This document shows, piece after piece, positions 10,731 through 24,121 of a stretch of DNA of 64,000 bases (position 1 is the stretch's first letter; each line of letters begins with the position of its first letter). This DNA comes from Oikopleura dioica (taxonomy: Eukaryota > Animalia > Chordata). Both the position numbers and the translations under genes were made by a program. The notes under the pieces are model-generated. The model ran no database searches, had not been told where the DNA came from, and was given only the letters and a program-made list of their open reading frames with translations. The DNA lies in the NCBI GenBank assembly GCA_907165135.1, contig OU015566.1, positions 7,254,001 through 7,318,000 of the forward strand, given 5' to 3'.

Positions 10731-12881
10731 CTATTCGCTACTTTTGAATCGTTGAATCGCATCTGGTCCGTAAGGAGCTTGATCCTAAAAGCGGAAATGC
10801 GTTTTTAAGACGGTAATAAGGTGCTTACCGCGTCTTTCCGAATTTCGCATGAGTCGCCCAAGCCCCAAATTTTACCAGAAAATTTGTCCGGATCGACCAC
10901 GTCCTCGAAAAATAACGAGCGCATTTTGAAGAAAGCCTGAATATTCCAATTTTAACCACTCTACGACAATGACCAAATTGTTCTACTCGCTCATAAATCA
11001 AAGGGGACAAGCAAAAACTTAAAAGATGATATTTTTAAATAAATTGCCGAAATCGAGAATCCGCTTGCGGCTTCAAGTCAAAAAGAATAAACGAGCCGCG
11101 CGTAGCGCGGCTTTGATTTCTTTGGACTCGAAGCCGCAAACAGCTTCTTGATTTTCAGCAACATTTATTGAGAAGTCGGGGTCATTAGATCTAACATGAG
11201 CTAAATATCAAAATATAGACCAAATTTAGTCGTTTTTGTTTATAAATATTCTTCCAAAAACCCGCAATTTTCAGAGATTCTGAGTTTACCTGACCAGTAA
11301 GGAGAGAATCAGAGCCAGCCTGATGCTGTCTCCCCACTCGTTTAATTTTCATTTGATCGGCGATGTCTTGAAGGCCGCCTTGAAGCTGTTTGCAGCTCTT
11401 CATGAGGTATTTGATGTCGAAAACTGTCGGAAAGTAGAGTTTCAGCAAGTCGAAGAATTTTTTCTCGTCTTCTGGCAGTTTATCTTCTGTTAATAGCTGA
11501 ACAGCGAGTGTTAAAAAGGTTGTTCAATGTCATTATTAGAAAACTAAGTCAAACAAGACTGAGGGTCGAATTTTCAAAAGAAAAAAAGGTCTGGGAATCG
11601 ATTTTTCGGGCAGTAAATTTTAAGAAAACATCAGAAAGTCAATATTCACGGAGGATACATTAAATTTCAACGATTACAAATTGCCCAGAAATTGAAAAAT
11701 AATAACACACCTAAAAGACGAGAACCCGCTTACGACTTCGAGCCAAAGAAAATTCTACCCGCGGCTTTCTTCGTCTTTTTTCACTCGAAGCCGCAAGCGG
11801 CTTCTCGATTTTCATCAAGTTTTATAAGAAAATCTTCTCCAAAATTTTCATATCTTTTACTGAAATCGTTTTCATTACCTTGAGTAAATAACAAAAATCA
11901 TATCCGGAATGAAAAGTGATCCAATGAACCCTGGGGGTCGTGTCTAACACCACTCCGCTGGTAATGAGCATGTAAGCGAAGGCGCCAGGGTCGATGCCGT
12001 CGATCGAGTGTCGTTCAAAGTTGATTCCGCAGTTTCTCAAAAGTGTGATCGAATCTTCGGCGTACATGTCGGTCTTGATATCGTATTTGAAGTTGAACTG
12101 GAAGGTGCAGCGGCCCGGCGCGCACTCGCCTTTTTCGTTCATGAAAGTTAAACCGATCTGGATCAGTTTTAGCAAATCCACGTTGCATCGAATCAACTAA
12201 AATGGAAACAAAGTTACTTTCAGAAATAGATCGCCAAGTTTGAAAATGCAAGAAGCCGCTTGCGGCTTCGAGTCCAAAAACAAAGTCCCGCGAAGCGCGG
12301 CTTTTTACAATTTTTCGCTCGAAGCCGCAAGCGGCTTCTCGATTTATTTTTGGTACAGTATCAACAGTTTCTCTCAAACTTTTCAGATTTTAAAAACTTT
12401 CTCTCAATTTTAGAATTTCTAGCTTGAAAAATGGAACTGAGCCAACTTTAAACCCAGGTAACCGGTCTTAAAAAGACTTGAATTTCGCTTTTGATAAGAA
12501 AAAGAATTACCCCGCGGTCAAAATAAAACACAAGCGCTTATCAAAAATACGCGTGTTTTTCTTCACACTTGACTGAATTCATGTTTTCACCTGGTATTGG
12601 TAATCGGAAGTTGTGTTGAATTCTCCAATTGGTCTGGCGACGACTCCGGGGAATTCTGTGTCCATCGAGACGAAGGGGTACTGTCTGACGATTTGGCGGA
12701 CTTGTTGGAAAGCGTCGTACATGTTCGACTGCCAGACCTGAAGAGAGAAAGGGGATGAGAAAAGTCGATTCCGTGGGAAATTGATAACGAAAATTAGTGA
12801 CGAAAATACCTCGAGAATACGGGGATCTTCCTCTTCTTCCGGCTGCACTGGCGGGGTAGCCGAACCATACGGCATCCCCAT
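10731..12881 (-). CDS. CNOT7: CCR4-NOT deadenylase subunit CAF1 (CNOT7/CNOT8), six exons
   Basis: FVSMDTEFPGVVARPIGEF, RCNVDLLKLIQIGLTF, WITFHSGYDFCYLLK, LYFPTVFDIKYLMK, HQAGSDSLLTG, AFFKMRSLFFED; GT-AG introns. CNOT7 versus CNOT8 cannot be resolved. Confidence 0.95.
11050..11154. mobile_element. ~100-bp cruciform MITE family, copy 1 (CNOT7 intron 4)
   Basis: TIR of the type AATCGAGAAGCCGCTTGCGGCTTCGAG with a central GCCGCGC-nnn-GCGCGGC hairpin. Confidence 0.75.
11716..11812. mobile_element. Cruciform MITE family, copy 2 (CNOT7 intron 3)
   Basis: CGAGAACCCGCTTACGACTTCGAG ... CTCGAAGCCGCAAGCGGCTTCTCGATT; central hairpin degenerate. Confidence 0.7.
12244..12345. mobile_element. Cruciform MITE family, copy 3 (CNOT7 intron 2)
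   Basis: AGAAGCCGCTTGCGGCTTCGAG ... CCGCGAAGCGCGG ... CTCGAAGCCGCAAGCGGCTTCTCGATTT. Confidence 0.75.
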
Positions 12882-15800
12882 AGCTATAATGGACAAATTA
12901 GGGGTTGAAAAATTATTTCTAAAATTCTAGTTTAGCGAGCGAGTTACGATAAAATGAAATTTGAACTTTTTTCTTGGGATTCTAGAAATCATTTATAAAC
13001 ATTTTATTTTCGATGGGAAATTATTAACGATTAAATTATTAAAATATTGATTTTTTTAATAATAATGGGAATAAATGGATAATATGAAATAAAGTCAAAT
13101 AGAATTTTTAAGTAGAATTTTGATAAATATTAATAAATTTCAAAATAGAAAATAATTGGTTTTTGGCTCGAAAATTATCATTTTTAATTTACGTTTTTTT
13201 CTAGAATTAAAAAAGCAGCACCCGGCGAAAAACCTATTTATTTATTTATATTTGAGATAAACGATTGTAACATTACGTAGTCCGAATTTACTGTTATTCT
13301 GCTGGAAGGTCCACAGCATGTCTCAGTTTGGGGTTGTGAAAGTTCCTAGCAGGGAATTACACTATGAAGCAGTGAAGAGACTGCGCGCGCCGCTCATTGG
13401 CTGAACAGACCAAAGAAGAGTGCTGAATGGGCCAGATTATTGACTTGGCTTTTTCTGAAGAGAGCAATTTTAATTGAAAATGATAAATTTAATGAAATGA
13501 ATAACGATAGCATTGTCACGACACGTAGGGGCGTACAGATTTTTTTTCCTTTGGAAATTTACTTTAAAAATATTTTTTAAAATGAGTAACGAGACGATCA
13601 TCACATGCTGCCATTCTCTGTATTATGATGCAGTTTTATGGCATTTTCTGCCAACTTTTGTCAAAATTATTTACTATGAAATTTACCCTTAGAAAATAAA
13701 TTATTCCGGAAAAATATTGTAAGGAATTTATGTTTCAAGCGTTTTGTTTATTTCTATCAACGAGAGCGACTGTAGTAAAATGATACGGTAGATTGGAAAA
13801 GCGGAAGTAGATCTACACAGTTTGGATTGATTGAATGAAGTACCATGGTAGCTAATGTCTTCTTTTCTTCTGCATGGTTTTATAGGGTTTCGATTTTCCA
13901 TGCTGCTTTTTTCTTCAAATTCGTGGCATGGTAGAATTCCTACGTCTTCCAGGTCTTGTCTTACGCCTCGTCTTCAGGTCTCGAGCGAGAATGTCAAAAA
14001 TCGCAGCGAAAAAAGTCGAAGAGAGTCGCTCAGAAGGTCCGTCTTTGTCTTCTTTGACTTCGGAACGACTTGACGAAAATAACATCGCTAGGTCGAAGAA
14101 CACGGCTCTGCAGAACTACTGCTTCGAATTATACATCATTTCCAAGGCCTTATGACAGACTGGATTGAACTGACTTCAATGAATTTCCTGCTATAGCAAT
14201 ATTGACATCAAGGAAGAGTGCTGAGAATCTACATTGCATGCTCGCTTATCCGCCTTGTAAGTCCAATTGAATGAGAGTATGGCGAATCAATATTTCGCAA
14301 TCAATGTTGGCGATAGCTTTATTTCAAAGTGCATATGTGCGGCAGCCCAGTATATGTCCACTGGCGCGAGGTATGTCACATTCTTTGTTTCACGCTACCA
14401 GATACTCGATCAATATCTGACCTTCCTTGCTCCCGCTTCTTCTTCTTTTGCCTAAGTCGAGCATCAAATTTTACTATTTAATAAAGAGTTATTTAGAGAA
14501 AAGGTCCCTCAAGCCTTGAGGCTCAAGGAACCAGCCTTTTTTGAACCTAACTTTGAAAATTCTCACTGGTATTTTTTTCAAAGAAAAAGTTCTTCGAGGA
14601 GCGCCGTGGGCTGTCTTCGATTCCTCCTTTTTTCAATTATTAATGAGCAAGCGCCTGGTTTTCAGAAGAAGTACCAAAAATAAGGTTCAACCCCCGCAAG
14701 TCAACGGCTTCATCAACAAACTTTTTTAATAGAGAAAGAGGGGGTTCAACGATAATTTCAGGCAATTTTTTTTGAAAACAAATTTAAGGGTGTCAACAAT
14801 GATTCCACTAATTTGAAATTTATAGTATTTATAGTAAGCTGGCTCATGATAAAGAAAGTTAATAAAAGAATTTATTGACTAAATTGAGTATTGCGAATTC
14901 GCCGATATTGATGATTCTCATCGACGGGTGGATCGATCAACCATTACAGTGAACATACAGGGAACTCAGCATTCTTCATTATGTTCTTTTTTTCACTCTT
15001 CTTTTTGAAGCCTTGTTAATAAGATTTTTTATACGTTTTAATATCGGCCGCTGATGCACTTACAGAAGAACTAATAAAAAGAGAGAGAGAGGGCTAATAT
15101 TATTGACTGCATCAGATTGTGACGGGTAGGGAATCGATTATTTGTATAGTGGCTGACTGTAGCTCAGCCGTTTTGCTAGTATCTATTAGCGATAAGAGTG
15201 CTCCCTTAGGATCGCTCGGAGATGCTTCCACTCACCAATTTTGCCAAAGAGAGACGACTTAATTTTATATACACAGAGATATATCAACATATACTGTATA
15301 CTGTATATGATATACATGTCACATGTGGATCTGTTTTTCAGTTCTGGCAATGTAAAATTTGGGATACCCATTCTATAATGCGGACATTCAGGAGCAATTA
15401 TCCCGTGTTGACCCTTACTTTATATGGATTTTTTATCATAATTCCCACAAATTATGGAGCTAAATTCTATTATCAAAAAATATTCCAAGCTTTCCCAACT
15501 CCCCAAGAGCTTCTTTTCATCCCCCTTTCTGCACAGTATAAATTCCCATGTGCCGTGTCCTGACCTTATTTATATCGACTCCCAAAACAAACTCTAACCA
15601 TCTGCCATTTTTTTTCTTTCAGATAGAAAATTGCGATACTGTGCGTATAGCCCTGCTGATCCGAGATAAGCGTCAATTGATTTTCTTTTTGCGAAAAAAA
15701 ACAGGAGCGCGTACTCTTCAAAGTTTAAAGCAGAAAAGGTAAGGCGCAGATTTCTTATAAAATATTCTGTTTTTGGGGGAGTTGTTTTGGAGATGAAAAA

Positions 15801-16370
15801 TGGCGGCTATTAGCGAGTAATTATAAAGTGTCCTTCAAGGCAGTTTCCAAGGCGGTTTCGTCACGAGCAAAGGCATTAATCGATCTCGGTTCGGGCCACT
15901 CCTCAAACGAGAAAAATACACATTTATTCGCATACCCGCAGAGAAATACCTATTTGGACACTTTTATTACACATTTTGCAGTTTTTGAAAAAGGGTTGAT
16001 TTAATTTTTAGCTTCGATTTTAGAAGAAAAAATCTAAAAGAGCCGAAATTTTCCGACCAAAAATCATTAAAATTTGTCGTCAAAAATTTACTTTAGAATT
16101 CGCCATATTTTGGGACATCTCATATCCATAGGTTAAATTAACCCTAAAAGATCAAAATTACTGCTGCTGACATTAAAAGTCGCTGAAAATATGTCAGAAG
16201 GTTAAAAAAATGATATCAACAGTATTTGTGCCTCTGGCTAATTTTCTCCTTGACAAACTTGACTTTGTGTCATTTTTAATCAAAAACATATTCTCCGTGA
16301 TATATTTGTTTAAATATTAACCCGAATAATTATTTCATTTACAGCTCCGCGGCGCTTCTACGACTTGCAG

Positions 16371-17676
<1,306 letters not shown>

Positions 17677-17848
17677 AAACCTGGCGGAGAAATATTTCCT
17701 GAAATATCATTTCAAAGAAACCTTTTTACTTCATTGTTGATATATTTCTATATAACCTCCTTATCCTTATATTTTAACTTATCATCCGTCGTGCAATACA
17801 AATACAGAGTTTTACACATCACAAAAAAACAAGCTTTATTATTCTTTT

Positions 17849-19140
17849 TCAATTAGCAGGGAGGACATTTTCACGCATTCGTCTCATGCTATTGCCTGGC
17901 GGTGAGTATCGAGCGACCACATATGTTTTGCGACCTGTTTTTGCCGCGGCGTAGCACACTTTTTGAGTTCCGATCCAGACTTGTTGCGTGAAATGGAGGC
18001 ACTGGCGGCCTGGAGTGCAAGTCAATCTAGGAGAAAATAGCAAAGATGAAGAAAATTCGAAAATATTACTTTTGAAAGTCCCAATCTTTCCATTCATCGT
18101 GCCACATTTGCGTCGCCAGGAGAAAGTTGCCCTCAACGCTCATATCGTTTACTCCAAACATGAGGTTTTCTCCTTGCTTGAGGCTCTGTAGAAGAGCACC
18201 ATCGTGGGAAAGTCCAGTGTCTCGCTGAGCAAGGAGATTGGCGTAAGATTGAGCATCAGCACATAGTTTTGCATCGACTTCCAGTGGTGGAGCCTAGGAG
18301 AATTCTTTGCTCAATAATTTTCGCTGTTATAACTTACATGATGAAGAGCTCGTTTCACATTAACATCTTCGATTGTGTTGCAAATCGCTGCTGCCTCTGT
18401 ATTTCCTGGAATCAAGGAAGAACACGACCCAGAGAACGAAGCTTGGTTATCTTCGATGATTACGGCTGGGGCTGCTGAGCTTTGAGGCTGGGGAGGAGCA
18501 GTTGGTTGAGTTGTTCCGGGAGTAACAGGAATATCAGCGCATTCGAATTTAGAGACATTTTTTCTCTTGAGCTCTTTGCTGACGAATTTGTAATCGCATT
18601 TGCCGGATCGCTTTTTGCACTTGCAGTTGATCTTCGTTTTGAGTCCAACTCCAAGCTGGTTGATTCCAAGATCGGGGAAAAATTTTCCAGCGGCGCAGCG
18701 AAGATTGCACGATCGTGTTTTTCCATCCTTGCATTCGGCCAAAACGTCAGCGGCTCTTTTTGGCTCTGGATCGCAGCCGCCACAATCGGGAAAGGCTTTT
18801 GCCCAACCGCTTTTTCGACAGCGAACTCGAGCTTTTCCAAGGGGCATCAAACCCGGCTGGCAAATGACGGCGCAGGTAGAGCTGTTGCATTCGAATTTCA
18901 ATGCGTTTTTGGGAAGAGAAGGTTCGCCACAGGTTTCGAAGGCTTTTGAGTTTCGCGGACCAACTGGGAAGCCCCAATTGAATGAGGAACGGCCCTGAAG
19001 ATAAAATGAATTTTTCTATTTCGGAAATACTTTTTCTTGAAACTTACCTTTGATGCTTTTAAAACTTCTTCATATTTAGGCTGAACCCAAGCTCCTTCAG
19101 TCGCCGAAAGAAGAAAAGCCGCAGTATTAAAAATTTTCAT
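17849..19140 (-). CDS. Secreted protein: signal peptide, sushi/CCP-like Cys-rich modules, P/T linker, C-terminal CAP (SCP/GAPR-1-like) domain
   Basis: MKIFNTAAFLLSATEG signal-like; C-x-C pattern CGEP...CQPG...CRKSGW...PDC; CAP motifs RALHHAPPL, AQSYA, GENL, HFTQQVW, VVARYSPPGN. Confidence 0.85.
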
Positions 19141-20271
19141 ATTTTCGCTGATAAGGCTTTATAGTATTTATAAAACTTATCTGCTGAGTTGGATCTGAAG
19201 GCTTAGGAGCAACGTAGCATCACTTTATTCCTTGGTCGATTTCACGGGCGACCGCGATTACGAGGGTTTAAAATTTCAGAATTCATTAGCGAGCGTAATG
19301 ATTTCCCATCCGTTATGCGGAAGTCTCTCGTAAAAGTAGCTCTATAAAAGACGCTAGGCTTCATAAAGACAAATTAATTGATAAGACATGATCATTTTGA
19401 TTTGTTATTCGTTAATTTGGGGGGAGTTTTTCGTCTGACTGTCTCAACTTTCACCAAATTTAAGAAGAAAAATACATTTTTAGTTAGAAAAATTTATAGC
19501 TGGAATTATTTAAATGGAGAGTTCTGATTATTATAGAGAGAGTCAATATCTTGACAGTTCATACTCGGACTATTTTTCGTTCCTCCCTGATCCTTTTGAA
19601 TGGTCTTCCGAATCGCTTGGTTACGATTATGACGATATAAAACAGTGGACTCCATTTAAACCCGGCAGAAATTAAAAATATAACTACATGCACGTCATCA
19701 AGGTAGTATCAAGCACATCGTGAAGCTCATAAAAAAAGTTTACAGCATTGTCTCCAATAAATTAATTCAAAGTCTGTTGGCTAATTATCCGACCCAACAA
19801 GATATTTTTCTTGCTGTTTGAAATCAAATATTGTTATGAAAAAGTCTCATTTATACGCAGAGAATTATTTGGACGTCTACAACCCTTACGGCAATGACTC
19901 CTATTCTTATTATATTGATTCAGAAATTGGGATGTTGATGATAAAAAACCGCAAAGTACTAGCCAACAGAGCACCTTGTAAGATCATAAAGATCATAAAC
20001 ATTCTCGCATAGATCGCTTGATAGAGCAGAGTTACATGTCTTACATTCCAGTTCCTTTTCAACTCCCTTCCATAGTAGATCAGATTGGAGGACTCCATTT
20101 CGACCCCCTGATCGTTCAATGAGAGATTTTGCTTATCCATTATTTTCAGATTAAAATGGCTATGAAATTAACTTGAGACTGAAAAATCTTCCCTTGACCA
20201 GCTTTATGACAATTTTAATGCCCAAAATGTCTTTTTTCTAAGTAAGCAATAATGATCGCCAATTTGGCTTT

Positions 20272-21002
20272 GATAAGTTTCGAAAAATGTTTTCAGGCAA
20301 AAAAATCACTTTTTAACTGTTTGTGCCATCTTCACCGCCGTCTCAAACCGAGTCGAACGGTATATGTATCTCTTGAAAATTCTAGAGTTTCGGGTACTTC
20401 CGGTCAAATTTACGAAATTCTAGTTTTCCACTGCCGTTTTTGATACAGAAATGGTACTATGGCATATAGCATATCAAAATGACCGCTAGGACGTGAGGAG
20501 TGCAGGGGTCTCAAAAAATAAGTACTTTTGCAAAGAAAAGTACCTAAAAATAATTATTTTGTGATTTTTTAGCACTAAAAATATCAAGTATTAATTTTTT
20601 CGGGCAGAAAGCAGATGGATAATCAAGTTTTATCTCTTATAAATAAATCTACAAAGAAAACTACATTTAAATCGAAAATTTCTTAAAAATTGATATTTTT
20701 AGTGCTAAAAATCACAAAATAATTATTTTTAGGTACTTTTCTTTGCAAAAGTACTTATTTTTGAGACCCCTGCACTCCTCACGTCCTAGCGGTCATTTTG
20801 ATATGCTATATGCCATAGTACCATTTCTGTATCAAAACGGCAGTGGAAAACTAGAATTTCGTAAATTTGACCGGAAGTACCCGAAACTCTAGAATTTTCC
20901 AGAGATACATATACCGTTCGACTCGGTTTGAGACGGCGGTGAAGATGGCACTAACAGTTAAAAAGTGATTTTTTGGCCTAAAAACATTTTTCGAAACTTA
21001 TC
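20272..21002. mobile_element. ~730-bp foldback element with ~315-bp near-perfect inverted arms
   Basis: Arm 20272-20587 is the reverse complement of 20690-21002 with few mismatches; ~100-bp AT-rich spacer; CTTT flanks both ends (20268-20271, 21003-21006), a possible 4-bp TSD. Confidence 0.85.
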
Positions 21003-21482
21003 CTTTGTGCAACAAAAATTTCTAAATGCTCAAATCGCGGTGAACGAGGTCTAAGTTCACGGTGAACTGCTCACCCTTTTTCTTTTATTGATGGCTTTTT
21101 ACGAAGAAAAGAGATCTTATTTCAATCGGGAGACTTATGCGTGGGAATACAGTGAGTACCAGTATAATGGCTCCGGTTTTGGGTACCGTGGGCGAGAGAT
21201 ATCACGACGGAGTCTGAGGGCCCGGGCCGGGGTTTTGAATATTTCGCGCACATTCAAATATTTTCCCATGCTTGATGGAGGACTTTTATCTGGTGGAAGA
21301 CCAAATTGATGGAAGATAGGTCTAACCTAGACTATTTAAGATAAATTAATCTTTAACTTATAAATAGATAATAATTTTAAAAAATCTTGATCATGTGACT
21401 CTTGGAGGACCCTGGAGGACTTTTTCTGGTGGAAGACCGGCCTTCCTGGAAGACCCTTAAAATTCAGCCACCTTCCATGATT

Positions 21483-23620
21483 TTTAAATTAAAGGGGCTT
21501 GACCTTCGGGCCGTCTCAGCCCCGTCTCTGGCAAATTTAAATTAAGGGGCTTGACGGCCCGAAGGGCCGTCTCAGCCCCGTCTCTGGCAAATTTAAATTA
21601 AGGGGCTTGACGGCCCGAAGGGCCGTCTCAGCCCCGTCTCTGGCAAATTTAAATTAAGGGGCTTGACGGCCCGAAGGGCCGTCTCAGCCCCGTCTCTGGC
21701 AAATTTAAATTAAGGGGCTTGACGGCCCGAAGGGCCGTCTCAGCCCCGTCTCTGGCAAATTTAAATTAAGGGGCTTGACGGCCCGAAGGGCCGTCTCAGC
21801 CCCGTCTCTGGCAAATTTAAATTAAAGGGCTTGACGGCCCGAAGGGCCGTCTCAGCCCCGTCTCTGGCAAATTTAAATTAAGGGGCTTGACGGCCCGAAG
21901 GGCCGTCTCAGCCCCGTCTCTGGCAAATTTAAATTAAGGGGCTTGACGGCCCGAAGGGCCGTCTCAGCCCCGTCTCTGGCAAATTTAAATTAAGGGGCTT
22001 GACGGCCCGAAGGGCCGTCTCAGCCCCGTCTCTGGCAAATTTAAATTAAGGGGCTTGACGGCCCGAAGGGCCGTCTCAGCCCCGTCTCTGGCAAATTTAA
22101 ATTAAGGGGCTTGACGGCCCGAAGGGCCGTCTCAGCCCCGTCTCTGGCAAATTTAAATTAAGGGGCTTGACGGCCCGAAGGGCCGTCTCAGCCCCGTCTC
22201 TGGCAAATTTAAATTAAGGGGCTTGACGGCCCGAAGGGCCGTCTCAGCCCCGTCTCTGGCAAATTTAAATTAAGGGGCTTGACGGCCCGAAGGGCCGTCT
22301 CAGCCCCGTCTCTGGCAAATTTAAATTAAGGGGCTTGACGGCCCGAAGGGCCGTCTCAGCCCCGTCTCTGGCAAATTTAAATTAAGGGGCTTGACGGCCC
22401 GAAGGGCCGTCTCAGCCCCGTCTCTGGCAAATTTAAATTAAGGGCTTGACGGCCCGAAGGGCCGTCTCAGCCCCGTCTCTGGCAAATTTAAATTAAGGGC
22501 TTGACGGCCCGAAGGGCCGTCTCAGCCCCGTCTCTGGCAAATTTAAATTAAGGGGCTTGACGGCCCGAAGGGCCGTCTCAGCCCCGTCTCTGGCAAATTT
22601 AAATTAAGGGGCTTGACGGCCCGAAGGGCCGTCTCAGCCCCGTCTCTGGCAAATTTAAATTAAGGGCTTGACGGCCCGAAGGGCCGTCTCAGCCCCGTCT
22701 CTGGCAAATTTAAATTAAGGGGCTTGACGGCCCGAAGGGCCGTCTCAGCCCCGTCTCTGGCAAATTTAAATTAAGGGCTTGACGGCCCGAAGGGCCGTCT
22801 CAGCCCCGTCTCTGGCAAATTTAAATTAAGGGCTTGACGGCCCGAAGGGCCGTCTCAGCCCCGTCTCTGGCAAATTTAAATTAAGGGGCTTGACGGCCCG
22901 AAGGGCCGTCTCAGCCCCGTCTCTGGCAAATTTAAATTAAGGGGCTTGACGGCCCGAAGGGCCGTCTCAGCCCCGTCTCTGGCAAATTTAAATTAAGGGG
23001 CTTGACGGCCCGAAGGGCCGTCTCAGCCCCGTCTCTGGCAAATTTAAATTAAGGGCTTGACGGCCCGAAGGGCCGTCTCAGCCCCGTCTCTGGCAAATTT
23101 AAATTAAGGGGCTTGACGGCCCGAAGGGCCGTCTCAGCCCCGTCTCTGGCAAATTTAAATTAAGGGGCTTGACGGCCCGAAGGGCCGTCTCAGCCCCGTC
23201 TCTGGCAAATTTAAATTAAGGGGCTTGACGGCCCGAAGGGCCGTCTCAGCCCCGTCTCTGGCAAATTTAAATTAAGGGGCTTGACGGCCCGAAGGGCCGT
23301 CTCAGCCCCGTCTCTGGCAAATTTAAATTAAGGGGCTTGACGGCCCGAAGGGCCGTCTCAGCCCCGTCTCTGGCAAATTTAAATTAAGGGGCTTGACGGC
23401 CCGAAGGGCCGTCTCAGCCCCGTCTCTGGCAAATTTAAATTAAGGGGCTTGACGGCCCGAAGGGCCGTCTCAGCCCCGTCTCTGGCAAATTTAAATTAAG
23501 GGCTTGACGGCCCGAAGGGCCGTCTCAGCCCCGTCTCTGGCAAATTTAAATTAAGGGGCTTGACGGCCCGAAGGGCCGTCTCAGCCCCGTCTCTGGCAAA
23601 TTTAAATTAAGGGGCTTGAC
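21483..23620. repeat. 56-bp tandem array (~38.5 copies), each unit with a GC-rich GAA-triloop hairpin
   Basis: Unit AAATTTAAATTAAGGGGCTTGACGGCCCGAAGGGCCGTCTCAGCCCCGTCTCTGGC; 37 full units from 21533 to 23597, 7 of them 55 bp (GGG for GGGG), plus a variant first unit and a partial last unit. Confidence 0.98.
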
Positions 23621-24121
23621 AATGGCTGGGAACTCCGAGGTGATCAATCTCAGTCCCCAACCCCGCCCACACCCATCGTTTTTTAAATTCAAATTGACAA
23701 AGTTTTCAATTATGTTATGGTTTTGAATATATTTTTTTCAATTTAAAGATTTCTTTTTATTTTTATTTACAAATAATTATTATTAAGTTTATTCATTATT
23801 ACTAAATGAAAGTCAAAGTTATAAGAATTGAAGGAGGAAGAAGTTTCTTAGGTCAATTTTTGAGAAAGGTGAATTGTGAAAAATGTTTCTAGACGGGGCG
23901 TTGTTGTTGTTCTTCGCGGAGGACCCACTCCCACGTGGCGCAAGATGCGCGCCAAAAAGAGCAAAAAGATTGGGACGAGAAAAACACGCGCAAATGCCCC
24001 AATCTATTTCCCCCTCCGTCGTGAAATCTCTCGCCCACGGTACTTTTCCTATTTGCCGGGTCCATGGAGTCCACCGTCTCCTCAGCCAACTATTCACAAC
24101 GAAACAAGTCAAAATGAAACC

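Noticed and set aside
13750-14460. Coding-like stretch on the minus strand, possibly a retroelement or GIY-YIG remnant
   Set aside because: All frames have stops and no convincing motif; not callable without a profile search.
15796-15807. YY1-like AAAATGGCGGC upstream of Rab3
   Set aside because: Single short motif with no TSS evidence.
19380-20160. Short ORFs on both strands (Tyr/Asp-rich on plus, hydrophobic on minus)
   Set aside because: No consistent exon chain or recognisable family on either strand.
21483-23620. 56-bp array as a CRISPR array
   Set aside because: No unique spacers (units are identical end to end), no cas genes, eukaryotic context.
21483-23620. Array as a synthetic polylinker (each unit has SfiI, SwaI and two BsmBI sites) or as a hammerhead ribozyme
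   Set aside because: The sites follow from the palindromes; natural-looking variant units and genomic flanks argue against a vector; the hammerhead core (CTGATGA...GAAA) is absent.
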